Shown piece after piece: positions 27,451 through 33,855 of a stretch of DNA of 64,000 bases. The notes beneath the pieces are model-generated. The model was given only the letters and a program-made list of their open reading frames with translations, made no database searches and was not told where the DNA came from. Position 1 is the first letter of the stretch; the number at the start of each line of letters is the position of its first letter. The stretch lies in IMG/VR virus record IMGVR_UViG_3300012209_000006, positions 16,493 to 80,492 of that record, one strand, 5' to 3'. Both the position numbers and the translations under genes were made by a program. The DNA is from a virus.

Positions 27451-28845
27451 ATGTCGCAACCAACATACGCATCAAGCACTGCCGAAGGTGGAAAGCTAGG
27501 AGCTCTCTTTTCTAGAGGATCTGGCGCCGGGAACTATTCTGTTGCTTCCCAGGCTAACTACACTATTCTTGATCCAGCGAATCTTAATGCGGGACAGAAC
27601 CTGTTCGTCCCTGCGGGCTTCTGTGCCATCGTTAGCGCCGGAGGATCCGTGGGCACTCTTACAGCCGCTGTTCAGGCGTCTGTCGGACTGTTTGTCGACG
27701 GCGTCCTGGTGGTCGAACAACAGATCACTGGACCAGGCACTTCGGTTGCCGCGACCTTAGCCAACTATTCTAACTTCGGGCTGAACTGGCTCATCAAGGG
27801 CGACAACAAGTATCACACTGTCACACTCGGCGCGCGCACCGCAAACGCCGCAGATGTGGTCTCCATCCTTAACGATGTGATCACACGCGCTCCGTACCTG
27901 ATGGTCGAGATCACCCAGAACAGCTTTTTAGGTGCCAGCACCTTCGCGTCTTCGATGTCTGAGGCGCAAGGCAAGCTCGGGGCCCAGATGGTTTTTGGCT
28001 CGGGTGCAGGCAATTACAGTTCTTCATCCAAGTCCTTCCAGCCGGTTGACGGCGGAGGCGGGCAGCTTACTGTAACGTCTTTGATCCCCAAGGGGTTCGT
28101 TCTTTTGATCGCTTCCGGCGGCGTTATCGGTTCTACGCATGCCGGTGATTCTGTGGCTGTTGGTCTCTTGGTCGACGGCGTCCTAAAGACCGAGCAGGAC
28201 ATTGTTCCACACGGAACATCTCAGCTGTCTCCTTTCGGCCTCAGCTACGCAGTGTTCGGCGACGATAAGATTCACTCCGTCTCTCTAGCGTATCACACGC
28301 AGGGAGCCTCGGCCACGAATGTCACGATTGGAAACAACTCGGCTACTCACGCTCCTTTCATTCTAGCCGAACTCACGCAGTCCAACCTTACTGGACAGAA
28401 TACAGACGCCAGTAGCTTGTCTGAAGGCGGAAAACTCGGTTGCACGTTCTTGTCCGGAGCAGGGACAGGAAATTACGTCACCAACAGCCAGTCGTACGTT
28501 AACGTTGATTCCAACTTGTTGTCTACGAACGTTATAGTTCCTGTTGGATACGTTCTATTAGTTTCCGCGAACGGCGTCGCCGGGACCGCTACTGCGGCCG
28601 CGGAAGTTAGCGTCGGCGTTTCTGTCGATGGAGTTCTTGCAGCTGAATCTATAAATGAAGGCGCAGCTGCTAATAATCTCGTCGGCTTTGACGTTCAATA
28701 CATGATCGTCGGAGACGGAAAATCTCACACTGTCGCTATGGTATTTAGAACAAATGCCGCGGCAGATAACGCTGTTATCGGCAACAACATTGCCACCAAT
28801 GTTCCATCTATGTTGCTGGAATTGACCCAATCAAATTTGAACTAA
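27451..28845 (+). CDS. Three-repeat beta-rich protein, probable head decoration
   Basis: Three roughly 150-aa repeats starting ASS..E.GKLG and ending P....E.TQ. Confidence 0.7.
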   Translation: MSQPTYASSTAEGGKLGALFSRGSGAGNYSVASQANYTILDPANLNAGQNLFVPAGFCAIVSAGGSVGTLTAAVQASVGLFVDGVLVVEQQITGPGTSVAATLANYSNFGLNWLIKGDNKYHTVTLGARTANAADVVSILNDVITRAPYLMVEITQNSFLGASTFASSMSEAQGKLGAQMVFGSGAGNYSSSSKSFQPVDGGGGQLTVTSLIPKGFVLLIASGGVIGSTHAGDSVAVGLLVDGVLKTEQDIVPHGTSQLSPFGLSYAVFGDDKIHSVSLAYHTQGASATNVTIGNNSATHAPFILAELTQSNLTGQNTDASSLSEGGKLGCTFLSGAGTGNYVTNSQSYVNVDSNLLSTNVIVPVGYVLLVSANGVAGTATAAAEVSVGVSVDGVLAAESINEGAAANNLVGFDVQYMIVGDGKSHTVAMVFRTNAAADNAVIGNNIATNVPSMLLELTQSNLN

Positions 28846-28881
28846 CTCTTAGTGAAGCAGTGAACTCTTTGGAGGAATCCT

Positions 28882-29268
28882 ATGAGCGTATTAGAAGAAT
28901 TCGAAACCGGGCCGGTGGAAGGGCTTAAGCCCATCGCCTTGCGCGATCCTAGATTTCTGGAGCTCACGCCCCAGGATAAGGTTACGCTGGCCCAGTTTAA
29001 TAATTCGCCCGCTCATCAGGTGATGCTTAAATTGATGGCAGGAGAAGTCGAGAAAGCCGAAACGGATCATTTCAAGAAGTGGCAAGACGAGGCGCTCTTT
29101 GAGCGTAGCGGGCTTTTCGCGGTCGCTATGAGAGTTTTCTTGGAAAGACTGCAGGCAGAGATTCAACGCCAAGTCGAAGAATTTGCCGGCGAAGTTGATT
29201 TCATCAAGAAGCAGAAAGAAGTCTTGGAAACCTCTCCAGAAGAGCAGATCCTTCAAGAGTTCAAATAA
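28882..29268 (+). CDS. Hypothetical head-module protein
   Basis: GGAGG RBS; helical; between portal and scaffold. Confidence 0.7.
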   Translation: MSVLEEFETGPVEGLKPIALRDPRFLELTPQDKVTLAQFNNSPAHQVMLKLMAGEVEKAETDHFKKWQDEALFERSGLFAVAMRVFLERLQAEIQRQVEEFAGEVDFIKKQKEVLETSPEEQILQEFK

Positions 29269-29277
29269 GGAGACAAT

Positions 29278-29445
29278 ATGACATTCGTAATCGCAATTTT
29301 TGTTTCGCTCGTTTTAGGTTTCGGGCTCGGCCGCATAAAAGATGCCGCCAAGCTAGCTACAGTTAAAGCCGAAGTATCCAAGGCTGAGAACGCCGTGTCT
29401 GCCGAAGTCAAGGCTGTCGTGGCAGCTATCAAAGCCAAGCTGTAA
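29278..29445 (+). CDS. Small membrane-anchored protein (55 aa), not in track
   Basis: AGGAG RBS; MTFVIAIFVSLVLGFGLG followed by Ala/Lys helix. Confidence 0.7.
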   Translation: MTFVIAIFVSLVLGFGLGRIKDAAKLATVKAEVSKAENAVSAEVKAVVAAIKAKL

Positions 29446-29450
29446 AAGTC

Positions 29451-29572
29451 GGGTGGCTCCCTCAAACCGAAAGGTGTCGTCAAGGCGTACCTTGAGCATC
29501 GTATTACAGGGGGCGAAAGACTAAATAAATTCCTCGGCTTGATCACCGAGGCTTAGACTTGAGGGAGAGCCC
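29451..29572 (+). ncRNA. Candidate multi-stem structured RNA
   Basis: Outer CTCCCTCAA/TTGAGGGAG stem enclosing ACC-GAAA-GGT, TCAAGG/CCTTGA and CCTCGG/CCGAGG hairpins. Confidence 0.45.
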
Positions 29573-29811
29573 ATACTCTCCCCAGGTCGTTCTTATGGGA
29601 GAATCAAAATTGTTCTGGCGCGCTGGATAACACGGGCCACGGTCTAGACCGAAAAGACAACGGATTAAAGCATCAGTATTTAAACGTGGTTCCGTGTTGC
29701 GGTAGATGCAACAGAATTAAAGGCGCCTATTTTACGTATGAGCAAATGATGTTGCTTGCTCCTCCGCTTCGAAAAATTCAACAATCTATTACGCCTCGGA
29801 TTGAGGCCTAA
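29563..29811 (+). pseudogene. HNH endonuclease remnant without start codon
   Basis: Frame reads ...GHGLDRKDNGLKHQYLNVVPCCGRCNRIKG...*; stop at 29560-29562 and no start upstream of the motif. Confidence 0.75.
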
Positions 29812-29821
29812 AGGTGGAATC

Positions 29822-31129
29822 ATGATTAACATTCAAGATCTAATTATTTCAGGAAAAGTACCTAGCAGCACCACAGCAGCAGACAACCGCTCGGGATACC
29901 CGAATGGTTGGCCGATTTTCGCGGACATTACGGAGCAGGTTAAGTACGACTGGAACAACCTTCCCTCCGATCGAGTTCGCATGTTGAAGAATGAAGCGAC
30001 GTACAGGACAGCCCTAGAGGCTTTCTTGCTTGGACCAGCGCCCGTTGTATCCGTGGCCCCAGGCCCCGAGGTCACGTTGGCCCCTTCCGTCGAGGAAGAG
30101 CTCAACGCTGAGCCTCCGGTTCCTACGTCTGCGGAAGTCGTAGCAGATGCCGTCGTCGAGGAAGCAGTCGTGGTTCCGACGGAAGAGAACGAAGGGACAA
30201 TTATTGATTATCCTTTCGGTTCGATCACCAAAGTTAAAGGCGGATGGGAAGCGCGCGTCGACAACAAAGATGGCTCCGGCGTCCAGGTTTTCAAAGGCAA
30301 GACGAAAGATGAATTGATCGGCAAGTTGCTGCAGTCAGCAGCACATGCCTCGGCGAAGATCCGCCAGCAGGAAACAGAACGGCAGCGTCTGATCGCAGAC
30401 GAGCCGGCCGATATGGCTGTCGAGCGGAAGCGTTTGGCTCCCCGAAAGCTGACGGCAGATGAGCAGTTTGAGTTCGCCGAAGCGATCACTTCCGGCGATC
30501 CAACCAGAATTACCAAGGCGATGGCCAAGCGAGACGAGATCGTTCTCGGCGGCTCCGTCGAGGAAGTCATCGGTCAAGTCAACCAGACTCGCGATGAACT
30601 AGAATTTGAATCGTACAAAGCAATCGCCAAAACGTTCATCAAGCAGAACCCTCAAGTTGTTTTCTCCAAGGAATTCGGAGACAAACTCGACGAGGTCATC
30701 GCCGAGAATAATTGGGCGTATACCGTACGCAATCTGAACAAAGCCCTCGTGATTCTGAAAGAGAAGAACGAGGTTGAATTAAAAGTTTCGACACCGGAAG
30801 TTGAGGCGGAATTACCCGTTCCGACTTCTGTCGCAGTTCCAGCAGTGGCCGCACCGGCTGTAAAGCCGGTTGCAGCGCCTGCTCCAAAGCCAGTGCCGCC
30901 TCAGCCTACCAAAAAGCAGATTGAGGAAAGGTTACGGCCCGGGTCCGCATCCACAGGGATATCGCCACGTCAAGCCAGTGTCCGGCAAGGCGCGGCGCCC
31001 TCTCCAGCAGTGGGGCTGACCGCCGAGGAATACAATAGAATGTCTGTAAGCGAGACGCGTCGTAAGTACAAAACCGACTTGGGATTCAAGACGGCCGTCG
31101 ACAAGCTGATTGCAGAAGGCAAGATCTAA
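29822..31129 (+). CDS. Capsid scaffolding protein
   Basis: Acidic/Pro-Ala-rich, coiled-coil centre, basic helical C-terminus, immediately upstream of capsid; start taken at ATG 29822 behind AAGGTGG. Confidence 0.7.
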   Translation: MINIQDLIISGKVPSSTTAADNRSGYPNGWPIFADITEQVKYDWNNLPSDRVRMLKNEATYRTALEAFLLGPAPVVSVAPGPEVTLAPSVEEELNAEPPVPTSAEVVADAVVEEAVVVPTEENEGTIIDYPFGSITKVKGGWEARVDNKDGSGVQVFKGKTKDELIGKLLQSAAHASAKIRQQETERQRLIADEPADMAVERKRLAPRKLTADEQFEFAEAITSGDPTRITKAMAKRDEIVLGGSVEEVIGQVNQTRDELEFESYKAIAKTFIKQNPQVVFSKEFGDKLDEVIAENNWAYTVRNLNKALVILKEKNEVELKVSTPEVEAELPVPTSVAVPAVAAPAVKPVAAPAPKPVPPQPTKKQIEERLRPGSASTGISPRQASVRQGAAPSPAVGLTAEEYNRMSVSETRRKYKTDLGFKTAVDKLIAEGKI

Positions 31130-31168
31130 CGTAGACCGCGCAGTTTTTCACCAGGAAGTTAAACCTCC

Positions 31169-31731
31169 ATGTCTCTTGGATTTCCTGCTTCAAACGTCAC
31201 CGGCAATTTGCCGCAGTCGACGGTCAAGTTCTATGACAAGCAATTCGTCGAGAACTTGAAGGCTGAGACGCCTTTCGTGCGTTGCGCGGAACGGCGTGAT
31301 CTGCCTCTAAACAGCGGTAACCAGCTCGTGTTGTTCGAATACAACACGTTCGGTGCCAACACTTCACAAGCGACGGAAGGGACCCCGGGCGCAGGCATCA
31401 TCGCCTCGCTCGTTTCCAACACGTCCACGATCGGTGAGTACGCTGACTACGCTTCGTTCTCGAGTCTTGCTTTGGCAACCGCCATCGATGACACTCTTGC
31501 CAACGTCGCGAAGGAATTGTCTTACCGACTGGGCCAGTCTCTTTCGAACCTCGTTCGCTACAGCGTTGACGGCGCGTCCGCCATCGACTCGAACGTTCTC
31601 GTGCAGTTGGCAGCGGCTTCGAGCTCCAGCTTCACCTCCTTGTCCATCGGCACTATCCGCGCCGCGATTCAGTCTCTCGCCGGCCGTTCCGTGAAGCCTT
31701 TCATGGAAGCGAAAAAGCGGTTTGCCGGGAT
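31169..31731 (+). CDS. Major capsid protein, exon 1
   Basis: Follows scaffold; FYDKQFVENLK..LP..SG...IGEYADY resembles N4-gp56-like capsids; ends FAG-I at predicted 5' splice site. Confidence 0.85.
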
Positions 31732-31774
31732 TAACAATTACGCTATCGCGGCGTAACGGTCCCGGATCAACAAT

Positions 31775-31804
31775 TTGACTATATCCGTTAACCTCTGCTA
31801 TAAT
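31775..31804 (+). promoter_or_regulatory. Sigma70-type promoter inside intron 1
   Basis: TTGACT-18 bp-TATAAT, then GGAGG and ATG 31831. Confidence 0.7.
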
Positions 31805-31830
31805 GGCAGACGAGACGGAGGGAAGAACCA

Positions 31831-32349
31831 ATGAAAGTTTCTAATTGGCCGTATCTGGCCGGATTGATTGACGGCGAAGGTTGCCTTTCAATTTCTAAGC
31901 AAGTGAACAACTATCATAACAAAGGTCGTAATGATTACATTCAATACGGCTTTCGTTTAAGTATAACGAACACTAGTTTAGAGTTGATGAAATATTTGAT
32001 TGAACATTTTGGCGGCGTCTACTACACAAAGAGAACCAACAGTGATAACTGGTGGAAAACTTCGTATGAGTGGAGGCCGAAAGGTAAGAACAACAACGAA
32101 CGAGTTTTGTTGGCTGTTATTCCTTACATGGTAGTAAAACGAGAGCAAGCTAAACTGGCTTTGCTTTATGTTAGACTTCCGGAACAAGATCCTGATAGCA
32201 GAGAAAAGCTATTTAATCAAATGCGACTCCTCAATCGAAAAGGTTCACCCCCAACGACTAATACGTCAAACGTTTCTACTGAAACGAAGATAGAGTCTGA
32301 TCTCACGAGCGATCGTGAGTGTGCCCCTGTAGTGATACAGGACGCCTAA
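31831..32349 (+). CDS. Single-motif LAGLIDADG homing endonuclease
   Basis: WPYLAGLIDGEGC; AT-rich; 3' end overlaps the ribozyme core. Confidence 0.92.
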   Translation: MKVSNWPYLAGLIDGEGCLSISKQVNNYHNKGRNDYIQYGFRLSITNTSLELMKYLIEHFGGVYYTKRTNSDNWWKTSYEWRPKGKNNNERVLLAVIPYMVVKREQAKLALLYVRLPEQDPDSREKLFNQMRLLNRKGSPPTTNTSNVSTETKIESDLTSDRECAPVVIQDA

Positions 32350-32358
32350 ACACAAATA

Positions 32359-32744
32359 CGTACACCCCTTCGCATGGGGCGACGCGATTAACGACACCTC
32401 TAACAACAGCCCGATCGATGTGCTCAAGCACACCTCTGAAGGCCTGATGCGAATGGAAGAGCTGCCTTCTGCCGACCTCACGGAAGTTTTCGAACTCCCG
32501 GGAACCGGCGTTGATTTCTTCCAGACGAATCTCGTCACCCAGACGTCGAACTATAAGACGACTGGCGCGACGGCTCTCCGTACCTACATCTTCGGTCGCG
32601 ATGGCGTCATTGCTATCAACCTCGCGGGCCGCGGAGACACAGCGTACGGCGACGGGAATTACCGCGGAATCAAATGCAACGTAGTCCAGAACGCGCCAAT
32701 TAGCGTTTCGGATCCCGAAGGTTTGATCCCAGGATGGACCTCCT
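32359..32744 (+). CDS. Major capsid protein, exon 2
   Basis: Reads VHPFAWGDAINDTSNNSPIDVLKH...IPGWTS in the exon 1 frame. Confidence 0.85.
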
Positions 32745-32977
32745 TGAAAAAAGCGGCTTGACCGCTTTATGGGGTGCCTCGACGAAAGTCGAATAGCACT
32801 AATCTTCTCTGATTGACTTGAACCCTGAAACGGGAACAAGGGGCAAGCGAAAGCAGCCTGAGAGACTAAGTGAGAAGACGGCCTTAGGGCCGAAGCGATA
32901 GTCCGATCTCATGTAAATAGAAAGCATGAGACGAGAACAGAAATGATTCTCGCAGACGAAAGTCTGGTAACAGTATG
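32745..32977 (+). mobile_element. Group I intron 2 in capsid gene, ORF-less, 233 nt
   Basis: 5' exon ends in U, intron ends in G; IGS CUUUAU-GGGG pairs exon 3 AUAAAG and exon 2 UCCU; R GAGACUA, S AUAGUCC; P2, P8, P9 hairpins. Confidence 0.92.
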
Positions 32978-33060
32978 ATAAAGTCCATTTCACGGTCACC
33001 CTTCCTCCTGATCCCACACAGCGCGTCCGCCTCATCGACGCTCTGTCCGGCATCAGCTAA
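32978..33060 (+). CDS. Major capsid protein, exon 3
   Basis: Splicing gives WTS-Y-KVHFTVTLPPDPTQRVRLIDALSGIS*; exons total 1032 nt, 343 aa. Confidence 0.88.
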
Positions 33061-33084
33061 ACCTTCGCTCGAGGGAATCGAGCA

Positions 33085-33113
33085 TTGACTTCCGAGAATC
33101 AGCGGAGTATAAT
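33085..33113 (+). promoter_or_regulatory. Sigma70-type promoter for downstream HNH gene
   Basis: TTGACT-17 bp-TATAAT. Confidence 0.8.
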
Positions 33114-33180
33114 ACTGATTAAGGGTTGTGGGGCGCGCCTCGAACGCGCCTCACTATCCGAACTCATTCGAGGTGAGTTA

Positions 33181-33798
33181 ATGATTGCACATCCTGAAAA
33201 TATACGACTAGACGTATTAAGGCTGTTGAAAGATGGCAGAGGGTCAAAAGAAATTTCAACGCGCCTAGGTCTATCAGTTGGAGCCATAGAAGATTGGGCA
33301 GCAGCGTGGCGAAAAACTGGCGAGTTGAAAGCGTTTAAACGACCAGGATCTGAATTTACGGCCGAAGCAAAACGGCTATCTAATGGATATTATAAAAGTA
33401 TTCGCAAACGCTATTTGGGCATGAAGTGGTTGGATTACATAGAAAAAAGGCATTTCGGATTTGCTAGCCCAGTAGAAGCAATACATTTTTATTTGGACGA
33501 ACAAGGATCCCCTAGAGCGTGCGCCTATTGTGGGCGCCTTCCAATGAAAGATAAAGTGTGGGGTCTAGATCGTCTGGATTCCTCGATAGGCCACGTGCCT
33601 GGGAATTTGGTTCCGTGTTGTGGAAATCATCCAGAGAACCGGTTCATGTCTTGTCAAGTTAGCAAATCAAAATTCTCTTTATACGGATGGCTAGAAACAA
33701 ACATTTCCAGATCATTAGGCCGCCCCGCTACAATCGATGAAACTCAAGCGCGTGTTAATCAAGTCGAAGCGCTGGCTCAAAAGTTTATTCGAGGGTGA
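33181..33798 (+). CDS. Free-standing HTH plus HNH endonuclease
   Basis: HTH SKEISTRLGLSVGAIEDW; CAYCG...GLDRLDSSIGHVPGNLVPCC; GAGGTG RBS before ATG 33181. Confidence 0.8.
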   Translation: MIAHPENIRLDVLRLLKDGRGSKEISTRLGLSVGAIEDWAAAWRKTGELKAFKRPGSEFTAEAKRLSNGYYKSIRKRYLGMKWLDYIEKRHFGFASPVEAIHFYLDEQGSPRACAYCGRLPMKDKVWGLDRLDSSIGHVPGNLVPCCGNHPENRFMSCQVSKSKFSLYGWLETNISRSLGRPATIDETQARVNQVEALAQKFIRG

Positions 33799-33855
33799 TT
33801 ATCTGCCATCGTAAACCACTTCGATTCCAAACAAGTTTAGCAGTATAGGAAATAA

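Larger units (their letters stand above)
31732..32358 (+). mobile_element. Group I intron 1 in capsid gene, LAGLIDADG ORF in P6 loop
   Basis: P1 CCGGGAU/GUCCCGG, P3 UUGAC-UAU/AUA-C-GUCAA, P4 UCCGU/ACGGA, P5 UCUGC/GCAGA, P6 GAACC/GGUUC, P7 GACU/AGUC, P8, P9 hairpins; exact 3' end uncertain by 1 nt. Confidence 0.85.

Noticed and set aside
29507-29525. rRNA fragment (GGGGCGAAAGACTAA resembles an LSU rRNA motif)
   Set aside because: Match is about 15 nt and flanks do not continue; treated as chance within the candidate RNA.
33085-33180. TTG start at 33085 for the HNH gene
   Set aside because: That TTG is the -35 box; RBS and ATG at 33181 fit better.
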